A stretch of 64,000 nt of DNA from Acidobacteriota bacterium (GCA_963664705.1 OY761556.1:3744001-3808000), one strand, 5' to 3'. Counted from the first letter of the stretch, positions 46,689 through 56,513 are shown. Numbers and translations: made by a program. Notes: generated by a model from the sequence alone, not told the origin.

Positions 46689-46765
46689 AAGGCAAATATT
46701 GTGGCAACGGACAGTCCGTACGCCATATATTGTGGATTATAAATAAAATATATGGAAAAAGTCAA
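46689..46765 (-). promoter_or_regulatory. Sigma70 promoter with tandem NrdR-box-like operators
   Basis: Minus strand TTGACT(46765-46760)-N18-TATAAT(46741-46736), then ccacaatatatggcgt (46735-46720) and ccacaatatttgcctt (46704-46689), 31 bp apart. Confidence 0.65.
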
Positions 46766-46778
46766 ATAGCGAATACCG

Positions 46779-47771
46779 CTAATGCTGCGCCAGGCCGCGA
46801 TAGGCAATAAAGCAGAGGATGCAGATCAGGATGAAAGCCGGAACCGCGTAGGGAACCATTTTTCGAAGCCACCCCGACGCGAAGCGCGAAACCATTTCTT
46901 CGCCCTTCAGCCCCATTGCCGCGCGCCTTACGTGCTTTCGCGTAATTACAAGCGAACGCTCAACGTAGGCCGCAAGCAAGGCTCGGTCGCAAATCAGGTT
47001 AATCAGGCGGGGGTAGCCTTTCGATTTACGCCAGACTGCCCTGAAAGCACTCTGCATAAAACGCAGCCTGGAAGTAGCCCCGGCAACCGCCAATCGATGC
47101 CGGATGTAGGACTCGGTATCGGCTTTGGTGAGAGCTTTGGTCTCGAATCTTACAGAAATCCGCTGATTCAGCTGGCGCAGTGAAGACATCTTCATCTTCT
47201 GATTGAGCTCCAGCTGGCCGACAAAGATGATTTGAAGAAGCTTTTTTTTCGCAGTTTCCAGGTTGGATAACAGCCGCAGCTGTTCCAATAGGGTCGTTGG
47301 AATATTTTGCGCTTCATCCACAATCAATACGGTAAATACATCCTCCTGCGCGCGAGCCGCAAGAAACAGGTTCAGCCTGTCGAGCAGCTGTTTCTTGGTC
47401 ATTCCCTTCATCCAGTCCGTGTCAAAGACGTTCAGGGATTCCTCAGGCTCAGCACTCGGCTCCATATTTCCTTCCGGTCGGACACCAAGGTCCTGCAGTA
47501 TAGACTTCAGGATATCGAGCTCGGAAAGCATCGGGTTTTGAATAAGAGCTGTGCGAATGTCTCTTTGCGCCAATCGTTCCAGAAGCGCCCAGCACAGGGT
47601 GGTCTTCCCTGTCCCCACATCCCCGACAACCAGGGCGAAGCCTTCACGGCGTTCTATGCCGTACAGGATCAGATCCAGCGCTTCTCTGCTTCTCTTGTTT
47701 AGATACAGGAAGGAAGGATCCGGAGTCAGGTTGAATGCGGCTTCTCGGAGACCAAAGAATTTTTCGTACAT
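46779..47771 (-). CDS. ExeA/GspA-like AAA ATPase (PEP-CTERM system ATPase, TIGR03015-like)
   Basis: MYEKFFGLREAAFNLTPDP, GDVGTGKT, IVDEAQ, GYPRLINLICDRALL, C-terminal TM. Confidence 0.88.
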   Translation of the reverse strand: MYEKFFGLREAAFNLTPDPSFLYLNKRSREALDLILYGIERREGFALVVGDVGTGKTTLCWALLERLAQRDIRTALIQNPMLSELDILKSILQDLGVRPEGNMEPSAEPEESLNVFDTDWMKGMTKKQLLDRLNLFLAARAQEDVFTVLIVDEAQNIPTTLLEQLRLLSNLETAKKKLLQIIFVGQLELNQKMKMSSLRQLNQRISVRFETKALTKADTESYIRHRLAVAGATSRLRFMQSAFRAVWRKSKGYPRLINLICDRALLAAYVERSLVITRKHVRRAAMGLKGEEMVSRFASGWLRKMVPYAVPAFILICILCFIAYRGLAQH

Positions 47772-47866
47772 AGGGCTTTCTTATCGGCAACGAGAGGCAA
47801 AAACAGAAGGGTTTGCCTCAAAAAGCGCAAAGGATTCAGTGAATCTGCGCCGTTCAGATCCCGGAG

Positions 47867-49735
47867 TTATTGAGATACTGTTTTGCTGTGCCAGAGGCGG
47901 AACATCAGCACGTTCCAAAGCTGCGTTGAACGATCGCGATATCCGGCCTGGTGCTGATCCCAGATCTGGCGCACAAAGGCCGTCGATAGAAATGGATCTT
48001 CCCGCTCAACAATGAACGCGCGCGCATATTCGCGAATTCCATTGCGGAACCATTCAGCCAGCGGAATGCCGAAGCCCATCTTCGTGCGATAAATCGTTTC
48101 ACTCGGAAGGTACGGCTCCATTGCCTTTTTGAAAAGATACTTGCCGGTATTGCCCCGAAGCTTCAGCGACGACGGCATACGAGCCAGCAGTTCCATGACC
48201 TTGTGATCCAACAGTGGACAGCGCACTTCCAGCGATACGGCCATGCTGGCCCGATCCACCTTCGTCAGGATGTCATCCGTCAGGTAGGTTTTGATATCGA
48301 GATACTGAATGCGGGATACAGGGTCATCTGTCCCGGCCCGAGCGCAATAGTCCCGGAAGAGATCCAGCGTGGAATAGCCTTTGAGCGCGGCCTTTACATC
48401 GGCCGAAAGAACCCTGGGTTTATCATCTCGGCGGAACATCGACATGGTTTCAAAGTATCCCTGAACCGAATCATACGAGAGACTCTGAAAAGTCGACCTT
48501 GCCCGCAAAAACCGCGGAGCCCAATCCATTTTGGGGTAAATACGGGCCAAGGGAGTAAAGAATATCCTACGAAAAGATGCCGGCAGATAGTTTCTGATGC
48601 TGTTTTCGACTGCATCAAAGGCATAACGACGGTACCCCGCAAAATTTTCATCGCCGCCATCTCCGCTAAGTGCAACGGTGACACGATCGCGCGCAGCTTT
48701 GCTTACATAATAGGTCGGCAGTGCGGACGAATCGGAAAAGGGTTCGTCGTAATGCCAGGCAAGCTTCTCAATTGTGGGAATGGTTTCCGCCGTGACATTG
48801 CGTTTGTAGTGGTCCGTCTTCAGAAAATCGGCAACCTGTTGCGCATATCCGGATTCGTCGAACGCATCTTCATCAAAGCCGATGGTTGCGGTACGAACCG
48901 GCTGACTCAGGATCCGGCTCATCATTGCAACCACAGCAGAAGAATCGAGCCCCCCGGAAAGAAACGCTCCCAGCGGGACCTCGCTCATGAGGCGGACGCG
49001 TATCGCTTCCTCGAATTGTTCAACGAATTGGGAAATCCACTGCGATTCGGTCAGTGAAGGCTCCGCCTGAAATTTGAAATCCCAGTAGGAAATTTCCCGG
49101 ACACTCTGCCCGGTGACCTTCAGAAAATGCCCCGGCATGATTTTGCGGATATGTTTATAGACTGATTTGGGTGCAGGGATATACCCGAGGGAGACATAGT
49201 CGCTGACTGCCTGTTCATCAATGCTCAAATCCAGACCGCCATGCCGGAGAATTGATTTGAGCTCGGAAGCAAAGACCAGCTTCTGGTCCTTCAGATAGTA
49301 ATAAAGAGGTTTTTTGCCGACGCGATCCCTGGCCAGAATCAACGTTCGCTTCGGCTCATCCCAAAGCGCAAAGGCAAACATGCCCCGAAGCATTGAGACA
49401 AAGGTATCGGGGTGCTGCTCATACAGATGAACAATGGTCTCGGTGTCACTGCGGGTACGGAACGTATGGGAAGTAAGCCCCCGATTCAACTCTTCGAAGT
49501 TATATATCTCACCATTGAAGCTGATCCAGACAGTCCCGTCTTCATTGCAGAGAGGCTGCTGCCCGGAACTGAGATCGATAATGCTCAAACGTCTATGAGC
49601 GAGAGCAATACCCTTCCCGGTGTGAACGCCGGACTCGTCTGGGCCACGATGCTTCTGCTCATCAGACATGAGCTGGGCAAGCTGCGGGTCCACCGGTCTG
49701 TCATCAAAATATAGAAATCCACAAATTCCGCACAT
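47867..49735 (-). CDS. asnB: Glutamine-hydrolysing asparagine-synthase-family amidotransferase (TIGR03108-like)
   Basis: MCGICG start, HRGPD, NGEIYN, FLSGGLDSS, KVDRASMAVSLEVR. Confidence 0.92.
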   Translation of the reverse strand: MCGICGFLYFDDRPVDPQLAQLMSDEQKHRGPDESGVHTGKGIALAHRRLSIIDLSSGQQPLCNEDGTVWISFNGEIYNFEELNRGLTSHTFRTRSDTETIVHLYEQHPDTFVSMLRGMFAFALWDEPKRTLILARDRVGKKPLYYYLKDQKLVFASELKSILRHGGLDLSIDEQAVSDYVSLGYIPAPKSVYKHIRKIMPGHFLKVTGQSVREISYWDFKFQAEPSLTESQWISQFVEQFEEAIRVRLMSEVPLGAFLSGGLDSSAVVAMMSRILSQPVRTATIGFDEDAFDESGYAQQVADFLKTDHYKRNVTAETIPTIEKLAWHYDEPFSDSSALPTYYVSKAARDRVTVALSGDGGDENFAGYRRYAFDAVENSIRNYLPASFRRIFFTPLARIYPKMDWAPRFLRARSTFQSLSYDSVQGYFETMSMFRRDDKPRVLSADVKAALKGYSTLDLFRDYCARAGTDDPVSRIQYLDIKTYLTDDILTKVDRASMAVSLEVRCPLLDHKVMELLARMPSSLKLRGNTGKYLFKKAMEPYLPSETIYRTKMGFGIPLAEWFRNGIREYARAFIVEREDPFLSTAFVRQIWDQHQAGYRDRSTQLWNVLMFRLWHSKTVSQ

Positions 49736-49881
49736 ATATTTCCCCGCTATATTATCGGTCTGAAAGCATGCCATAGTTCCGGAAATTTAATGAGAATTTT
49801 GAACCGGGAGTTCCGTCAAAATTGCATGCGCAGCTTAAAGGACTCGAAGACTTTCAGTCTTTGGGTTATGATCGATAACAA

Positions 49882-51660
49882 ATGAGAAAACTTATAATTG
49901 CTTTCCTGTTGCTTTTGTGTAGTGCCTCCGTGTTTGCTCAAACAGCAGACAACGTGCTTGTGGTGATGAATGAGGCAAGCCCGGACTCCCTGGACATAGG
50001 AATGTACTATGCCCAGAAACGCGGCATTCCCAAATCCAATCTGCTGCGGGTGAAAACCACGCTCGAAGAAGTAATCTCGCGTGAGGACTATGATCGGCAG
50101 ATCCATTCGCCCGTTGCGACATGGCTAATGCGGAATTCTGCCCAGGATCGAATTCTCTACATAGTTTTGACCAAGGGGATTCCTATCCGCATCAACGGAA
50201 CCACGGGTCAGGAGGGGAACACGGCCAGCGCGGACTCCGAACTGGCGCTCCTGTACCGGAGGATGGTCGGCCAGGCCACGCCCATCAACGGAAGGATCAG
50301 CAATCCCTATTTCCTGGGCGAAACGCCTGTCGCACAGGCAAAGCAATTCAGTCATACCGAACAGGATATCTATCTTGTCAGCCGTCTTGACGGATACAAC
50401 ATGGCCGAGATTCGCGGGCTGATCGATCGCGGAGCCGCCCCGTCAAAAGAAGGGAAGATTCTCCTGGATGCACAGGGCGCTCCTTCGAAGAAGGGGGATG
50501 CCTGGCTGGAGCAGACTGCCGACCTGCTCGGAAAAATGGGATTCGGCGCGCGGGTCACACTGGAAACCAGCCCGAAAGTGCTGATGGATACCAAGGATGT
50601 GCTTGGATACTACTCCTGGGGATCCAATGATCCGGCGATCCGGATCCGGCACTTCGGATTCGGATTTGTTCCCGGCGCTCTGGCCGGCATGTTCGTCAGT
50701 TCAGATGCCCGGACATTCAGGGAATCCTCCGATTGGAAAATCGAGGATTCCGGCTTTCCCCAATCGCTTGCGGCAGATTTCATCCGGGATGGCATTACCG
50801 GAATAGCCGGGCATGTTTCCGAGCCATTTTTGGAAGCCACGATCCGTCCCAATATTCTCTTCCCCGCCTATCTTTCCGGGTTCAACCTGGTTGAATCCTA
50901 CTACCTGTCCATGCCCTACCTGAGTTGGCAGACCATTGTCATCGGGGATCCTCTTTGTGCCCCGTTTCGAAAAACATCTCTGACTCCAAAGGAGATCGAT
51001 AAGGGAATCGATCTCGAAACGGAGCTGCCGGTCGATTTCAGCAAGCGTCGGCTGCGCGGCATTTCCGTTGAAGCTTATAACAAAGCGGGAATCCATCCAG
51101 ACACCATCAAGGCGATTCTGCGCTCGGAAGTACGACTGGCCAAAGAAAATAAGGCCGGCGCTATTCAAGCCCTGGAGGAAGCTACCGCACGCGATGACAG
51201 AATCGCAACCTATCATCTACTGCTAGCGCAGCTTTACGAAACCATAGGGGAATACGACAAAGCGATTGAACGCTATCGCAAGCTTCAGGAGTTTGTGCCC
51301 GACAATGCGCTTGTATTGAATAACCTGGCTTATGCGCTGGCTGCGCGAAAAAATAACCCGCAGGAAGCGTTGCCCCTGGCGGAAAAAGCCTACGAACTGG
51401 CAAAAGGGAGCGCACCCGTTGCCGACACGCTTGGGTGGATCTATCACCTGGCCGGGCAGGACGACAAAGCGTTGAAAATTCTCGAAGGCGCCTCGCGCTC
51501 CGCGGGAAACAACGCGGATATCCATTTGCACTTTGCCATTGTCAGCGCTGCCACTGGAAATACCCTAGCGGCAGAAGTCGCCATGAAAAAAGCTCTGGAA
51601 ATCAATCCAAAGCTCGAACAATCCGATGAAGTAAAGCAGTTACGATCAAAACTCAAGTAG
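49882..51660 (+). CDS. TIGR03790-family protein with C-terminal TPRs
   Basis: Signal peptide; NVLVVMN, YYAQKRGIP, VSRLDG, YYSWGSND, GHVSEPFL, LSWQTIVIGDPL; PrsT-like tail. Confidence 0.85.
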   Translation: MRKLIIAFLLLLCSASVFAQTADNVLVVMNEASPDSLDIGMYYAQKRGIPKSNLLRVKTTLEEVISREDYDRQIHSPVATWLMRNSAQDRILYIVLTKGIPIRINGTTGQEGNTASADSELALLYRRMVGQATPINGRISNPYFLGETPVAQAKQFSHTEQDIYLVSRLDGYNMAEIRGLIDRGAAPSKEGKILLDAQGAPSKKGDAWLEQTADLLGKMGFGARVTLETSPKVLMDTKDVLGYYSWGSNDPAIRIRHFGFGFVPGALAGMFVSSDARTFRESSDWKIEDSGFPQSLAADFIRDGITGIAGHVSEPFLEATIRPNILFPAYLSGFNLVESYYLSMPYLSWQTIVIGDPLCAPFRKTSLTPKEIDKGIDLETELPVDFSKRRLRGISVEAYNKAGIHPDTIKAILRSEVRLAKENKAGAIQALEEATARDDRIATYHLLLAQLYETIGEYDKAIERYRKLQEFVPDNALVLNNLAYALAARKNNPQEALPLAEKAYELAKGSAPVADTLGWIYHLAGQDDKALKILEGASRSAGNNADIHLHFAIVSAATGNTLAAEVAMKKALEINPKLEQSDEVKQLRSKLK

Positions 51661-51663
51661 AGA

Positions 51664-51740
51664 GGACCGCGGAGTACGCGGAAGACGCTGAGTACACGGG
51701 AAAGGCTCAAAAGGCCGCGTATTCAGCGTACTCCGCGGTT
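51664..51740. repeat. 9-bp-periodic inverted-repeat hairpin (GxxExxY-arm family)
   Basis: ggaccgcggagtacgcggaagacgctgagtacacggg...ccgcgtattcagcgtactccgcggtt, 3 nt after a stop codon. Confidence 0.85.
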
Positions 51741-51792
51741 AAGACAGCTTCACGGCAAGCCTACCAATCAAAATTTCGTGTATACTAGGGGC

Positions 51793-53004
51793 ATGAAACG
51801 GAAAAGCCCTGTTCTGATTGTTGTTATCGTCATTATTGTCGTCGGAACTGCTGTAGGATGCTTCATCTTATCGAAGCACACCGACGCTCCATCGTATATA
51901 ACTGCCAAAGCCGTTCGGCATGATATTCGTGTGGTTGTGAACACGAACGGCATCATCGAGCCGGCAGAACGCAGCGATGTGTATGCCCCGGTTGACGGCT
52001 TCGTCGCTTCCATTCAGAAAAAGGAAGGGGCTGAAGTGGCGCAAGGTCAGTTGCTTTTCAAACTGAATGCAGAACAACTGAGAACAGCCCTTGCCGAAGC
52101 CACTGCAGGACTGCTTGCCGCCCGCCGGCAAGCCCGCGCCGTGGAGACAGGTCCGTCACGGGAAGAGCTCAACGAGGTGGATGCGTCAATCGCGGAAACC
52201 GGCTTGCAGCTGGAACAACTCGGTAAAGACATCGCCACAGAGGAAGCTCTGCTGATTAAACAGGCCACAACGCGTATGGCGGTGGATAATCTGCGCAAAC
52301 AACGGGACCTGCTCCAACGCCGCATCGATTCACTGAAACAAAAAAAACAAGACATGACCGCCCGCTACTCCGCGGAAGACAAGACACTGGAAAAGGAACG
52401 CATCAACGAACTTGCCCGGCAGGTGAACTTGCTGAACAGCCAATTGCTTGCCGAGTCTGTTGTCACGCCCAAATCGGGAATCATCTATTCCCTCCTTGTA
52501 AAACCGGGAGCTTTTGTGCCCAAAGGGCAGCTTATGGCACAGATGTACAAACCGGGAAAGGTTCTGCTGCGTGCCTATGTGGATGAACCGGATCTGGGCC
52601 GCGTACGGAAGGGGCAGCCGGTCCGCATCGAATGGGATGGCATGCCGAATGAACACTGGACCGGAGTCGTCGAAAAACCAGCGGAACAGGTTGTTGCGCT
52701 GAATAATCGCTCCGTCGGTGAGGTGATATGCTCCATCGACAGCGGCCCGGCAGGCTTGATTCCCAACCTCAACGTGCGGGTGGAAGTCACAACCGAGCAG
52801 AAGCCGAACGCACTGGTTGTGCCCCGCAATGCCATCTTCAATTCCGGCGGAAAGACATCCGTACTGGTACCCCAAGGGGAGCGAACTGTGGCAAAGCCTG
52901 TCTCGCTGGGCCTGCTGACGACCGAGGAAATTGAGATCCTGAGTGGAATAAGCGAAGGGGAAACGGTGATATTGAGCCCGGCAGACGTGCTCAACAAATC
53001 ATAA
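51793..53004 (+). CDS. MacA/HlyD-family periplasmic adaptor
   Basis: N-terminal TM, lipoyl half-motifs (APVDGFV; TPKSGII), coiled coil, VDEPDLGRV. Confidence 0.88.
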   Translation: MKRKSPVLIVVIVIIVVGTAVGCFILSKHTDAPSYITAKAVRHDIRVVVNTNGIIEPAERSDVYAPVDGFVASIQKKEGAEVAQGQLLFKLNAEQLRTALAEATAGLLAARRQARAVETGPSREELNEVDASIAETGLQLEQLGKDIATEEALLIKQATTRMAVDNLRKQRDLLQRRIDSLKQKKQDMTARYSAEDKTLEKERINELARQVNLLNSQLLAESVVTPKSGIIYSLLVKPGAFVPKGQLMAQMYKPGKVLLRAYVDEPDLGRVRKGQPVRIEWDGMPNEHWTGVVEKPAEQVVALNNRSVGEVICSIDSGPAGLIPNLNVRVEVTTEQKPNALVVPRNAIFNSGGKTSVLVPQGERTVAKPVSLGLLTTEEIEILSGISEGETVILSPADVLNKS

Positions 53005-53035
53005 AATCTGTCAGAAATTTCCAGAATTACGAGAT

Positions 53036-54247
53036 ATGAAATCGATATTTCCGCTGATTGAAATTTTCCAGACTGCGAACCAGGCGCTGCTGCGCAACTG
53101 GGGTCGCGCCGTATTGACCTCACTCAGCATGGTTATCGGAACCGCTTCGCTGGTACTTGTCATCGTTGCCGGGATCAGCGGGAGAGACTACACCCTTGAA
53201 CAGATTCGCGGCGTCGGCACTAATCTGATCGCTATCTCGAATGAATCCGTTGATTCGGCTATGCGCGCGCGGTCCCTTGCGGACCTCCTGAACATGAATG
53301 ACCTGAACGCAATCACCGCCGTGCCCGGGGTGAAGAACGCAGTCGCCGTCATGACGGGGCACCCCACCTACACCGAATCGGGCGTCGCCCGGCGCGTGTC
53401 GCTGATCGGCACGACGCCGGAATATCAGCAGGTACGGAACATCAAGATCGTCAACGGAACATTTATCGACGACAATGACGAGCGATCCCGCAACAAAGTC
53501 TGCCTGGTCACGGAACTCCTCGCAAAAAAGCTGGAAGCGGATCCCTTTCACAGGAAAAACGCTATCACGCTCTATGGCGTTCAGTTTACCGTGATCGGCG
53601 TTTTCAAGGAACGAGTCAACACATTCGGACAGACCGAAATCTCGGACTACAGCGCCATCATCCCGATCTCGGTCATGCGCTATTTCAAACCGGGAGAGCC
53701 GCTGGATCAAATCTACGTCTCTGCAGAAACGATGGAAGTAGTTCCGCAGGTGTCCGCCGAAATCAAAGATCTCCTCACCAGGAGGCACCGAAACCAATCG
53801 CTCTTCCGGCTGGATAACCTGGCCGAGATATTGACCGCTGCAAACAAAATCAGCCTGGGGTTGACGCTGGTGCTTCTCGTGATAGCTACCATTTCGCTGG
53901 TTGCCAGCGGCATCAGCATCATGAACATCATGCTGATCACCGTTACCGAACGCACCAAAGAGATCGGCCTGAAGAAATCAATTGGCGCAGAGCGAAAAGT
54001 CCTCCTGACCGAATTTCTTGTGGAAGCCTTGATGCTGAGCAGCGGCGGCGGGTTGGTCGGCGTGCTGCTTGGCGCGGCAGTGCCTTATTCGATCCGGTTT
54101 TTCACGGATGCGATACGGATTCAGATTCCGCCGATTGCGATTATTTTGGGATTTGGAGTAACGCTGCTGGTTGGATTGACGTTCGGGATGATTCCCGCTC
54201 TGAGAGCTTCGCGAATGAACCCTGTGGAGGCATTGAGGTACGAGTAG
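53036..54247 (+). CDS. MacB/FtsX-like ABC permease without ATPase domain
   Basis: RAVLTSLSMVIG, IMNIMLITVTERTKEIG, PALRASRMNPVEALRYE. Confidence 0.92.
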   Translation: MKSIFPLIEIFQTANQALLRNWGRAVLTSLSMVIGTASLVLVIVAGISGRDYTLEQIRGVGTNLIAISNESVDSAMRARSLADLLNMNDLNAITAVPGVKNAVAVMTGHPTYTESGVARRVSLIGTTPEYQQVRNIKIVNGTFIDDNDERSRNKVCLVTELLAKKLEADPFHRKNAITLYGVQFTVIGVFKERVNTFGQTEISDYSAIIPISVMRYFKPGEPLDQIYVSAETMEVVPQVSAEIKDLLTRRHRNQSLFRLDNLAEILTAANKISLGLTLVLLVIATISLVASGISIMNIMLITVTERTKEIGLKKSIGAERKVLLTEFLVEALMLSSGGGLVGVLLGAAVPYSIRFFTDAIRIQIPPIAIILGFGVTLLVGLTFGMIPALRASRMNPVEALRYE

Positions 54248-54313
54248 AACCGCTGGAGATGCGGAGTACGCTGCATTACAGCGTCTACCGCGTACTCCGC
54301 GTCTTCAGCGGTT
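54248..54313. repeat. 9-bp-periodic inverted-repeat hairpin (GxxExxY-arm family)
   Basis: aaccgctggagatgcggagtacgctg...ccgcgtactccgcgtcttcagcggtt; fills the spacer between two convergent stops. Confidence 0.85.
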
Positions 54314-55469
54314 AAAAAACGGATCGAATCCGCCGGAGCCCTTCCTCAATTACCGGAATTGATGTTGCATACGAAAGACGAAGGTAGCCTTCGCCGTATT
54401 GCCCGAAGCATGATCCCGGGAGCAGCGCAACTCCAGCCTTTTCGAGAATCAGATTCGCCAGGTCGCTGGATGTCATTCCAGTTCCCTTGATATTCGGAAA
54501 AACATAAAATGCGCCTTGCGGCCGCTGGCATGTCATCCCGGGTATCTGGTTCAATCCATCGACAATAATATTTCGGCGACGCTGGTATTCCTCTACCATC
54601 CCGTCCACCATTCCCTGCGGACCAATGATCGCTTCAATCCCGGCAAACTGCGTGAAATGAGCGGTGGACCCCAGCGAATGGGTGAGCAACAACCCCACCT
54701 TCTCCGCCAGCGGCTTTGGCATGATCCCGTAACCAAGACGCCATCCCGTCATGGAATAGGTTTTGGAAAAGCCATCCACAATAATCGTCCGATCCTTCAT
54801 TCCCGGGAGCGAAGCAATTGAGGAGACCTGCAATCCGTCGTAAGCAATCCGGGCGTAAATCTCATCCGACATAACCCAGCAGTCATATTTCTGGGCTTGT
54901 GCAGCAATATGCTTCAGATCTTCGTCCGGAATGACACCCCCGGTAGGATTGCTCGGCGAATTCAAAATGATCAGCTTTGTGCGCTTGCTGATGAGCTTGT
55001 CAAAGGCCGCCAGATCGAAGGAAAAGCTGTTCTCCTCAAGAAGCGGCACAGGAACAGGCACGCCTCCTGCGACACCGATCATGGCCTCGTACGTTGGAAA
55101 TCCCGGGTTCGGATAAATAACCTCGTCGCCCGGTTCCACCAAAGCGAGCGTCGGGAAGAACAGATTCGGCTTGCCTCCCGGACTGACCACCACTTCATCC
55201 GGGTGAATCTCAATACCTCGCCGGCGACCAATATCCTCGGCAATTACTTTGCGAAGGCCGGGAACTCCGGCCGGATCCGTATATCGTGTCTTCCCTTCAC
55301 TGATTGCTTTAATACCTGAAAGGCTGACATTCGCAAAGGTTTCGTAATCAGGCTGGCCGATTTCAAAATGGACGATGTCTCTTCCGGCCGCCTCCAGTTT
55401 TCCTGCTTTGGCTAGTACCTGGTAAGCACCCTCGGGCGCAAGATGGTTTGTGCGTTGGGCGTAAGACAT
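54312..55469 (-). CDS. Class I PLP-dependent (aspartate-type) aminotransferase
   Basis: NSPSNPTG, SDEIY, GFSKTYSMTGWRLGY, GYLRLSYA. Confidence 0.92.
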   Translation of the reverse strand: MSYAQRTNHLAPEGAYQVLAKAGKLEAAGRDIVHFEIGQPDYETFANVSLSGIKAISEGKTRYTDPAGVPGLRKVIAEDIGRRRGIEIHPDEVVVSPGGKPNLFFPTLALVEPGDEVIYPNPGFPTYEAMIGVAGGVPVPVPLLEENSFSFDLAAFDKLISKRTKLIILNSPSNPTGGVIPDEDLKHIAAQAQKYDCWVMSDEIYARIAYDGLQVSSIASLPGMKDRTIIVDGFSKTYSMTGWRLGYGIMPKPLAEKVGLLLTHSLGSTAHFTQFAGIEAIIGPQGMVDGMVEEYQRRRNIIVDGLNQIPGMTCQRPQGAFYVFPNIKGTGMTSSDLANLILEKAGVALLPGSCFGQYGEGYLRLSYATSIPVIEEGLRRIRSVF

Positions 55470-55481
55470 AGAACCTCATTG

Positions 55482-55517
55482 ACGAATTACGAGTTACGAA
55501 TTACGACTTGACGAGTT
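55482..55517. repeat. 7-bp tandem repeat (ACGA[AGC]TT) x5
   Basis: acgaatt acgagtt acgaatt acgactt g acgagtt between panB and the aminotransferase. Confidence 0.8.
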
Positions 55518-55530
55518 GGACAACACGCTC

Positions 55531-56397
55531 CTACTTCTTTCCTTTGAGGAGGTTTTCAAGGCTGTTGAATTCTTCGTCAGGCATCGTGAACCAGTTTTCG
55601 CGCGCTGGGAATTTAACGGCCTTAACCTCGTCGTGATACTCCTTCAGACCGTTCAGAATGACTTCGCCAGCGTTGGCAAACATTTTAGCCATCTTGGGCT
55701 TGAACTTTGGGAAGAGGCCAAACATATCGTGGTAGATCAGCAACTGTCCGTGCGCATGGGGACCGGATCCCAATCCCATGATGATGCAGTTTTCGGAACG
55801 TTCCGTGATCAGCTTGCAAAGACGATCGGGAACGAGCTCAAGCAGAACGGCAAAGGCACCGGCTTTTTCGAGCGCCTTGGTATCATCGGCAATTTTCTTG
55901 GCAAGCGCGGCGTTTTTGCCCTGTACCTTGAATCCGCCGAGGGCGGCAACGGATTGTGGAGTCAAGCCGAGATGTCCGATCGCGGGAATACCCGCATCCA
56001 CGATTGCTTTGATGCGGGGCGCCATGGCCTCGCCGCCTTCCAGTTTGATCGCATCGCACCCGGCTTCCGCCATGAATCGTCCGGCATTCAGTACGGCGAG
56101 TTCATTGCTGGGTTGGTACGACATGTAGGGCATATCGCCGACCAGAAAAACATTCGGCGCTCCCCTGCGAACGGCGGCTGCATGGCGAATCATGTCGTCC
56201 ATCTTGACCGGCAGGGTGGTGTCATAGCCCAACATTGTCATGCCAAGGCTGTCGCCTACGAGGATCATTTCGATGCCGGCCTGTTCCTGGAGGTAGGCGG
56301 TAGGAAAATCGTAGCAGGTCAACCAGGTGATCGGCTCACCCTTTTCGACTTTCTGGAACAGGTATGGCAAGGTAACTTTTTCACGTGCTTTGGTCAT
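55531..56397 (-). CDS. panB: 3-methyl-2-oxobutanoate hydroxymethyltransferase
   Basis: LTCYD, ILVGDSLGM, DMPYMSY, KLEGG, GHLGLTPQS; start after AGGAG. Confidence 0.95.
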   Translation of the reverse strand: MTKAREKVTLPYLFQKVEKGEPITWLTCYDFPTAYLQEQAGIEMILVGDSLGMTMLGYDTTLPVKMDDMIRHAAAVRRGAPNVFLVGDMPYMSYQPSNELAVLNAGRFMAEAGCDAIKLEGGEAMAPRIKAIVDAGIPAIGHLGLTPQSVAALGGFKVQGKNAALAKKIADDTKALEKAGAFAVLLELVPDRLCKLITERSENCIIMGLGSGPHAHGQLLIYHDMFGLFPKFKPKMAKMFANAGEVILNGLKEYHDEVKAVKFPARENWFTMPDEEFNSLENLLKGKK

Positions 56398-56513
56398 GAC
56401 TTCAATGGCTCCTTTAGTATTTTTGCAGCCGCGAGTACCAATACCCATCGCGAGCAGGGATGCGATTCTAACAGAAAACCCTCCATCCGTTAAAAGAATA
56501 AGTGCCGCCCTCT

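Noticed and set aside
48203-49057. 284-aa plus-strand ORF (likewise 58398-59264, 17653-18456, 271-1023)
   Set aside because: Antisense to well-supported genes; typical codon-bias shadows
55516-56493. 325-aa plus-strand ORF
   Set aside because: Antisense shadow of panB with no recognisable motifs
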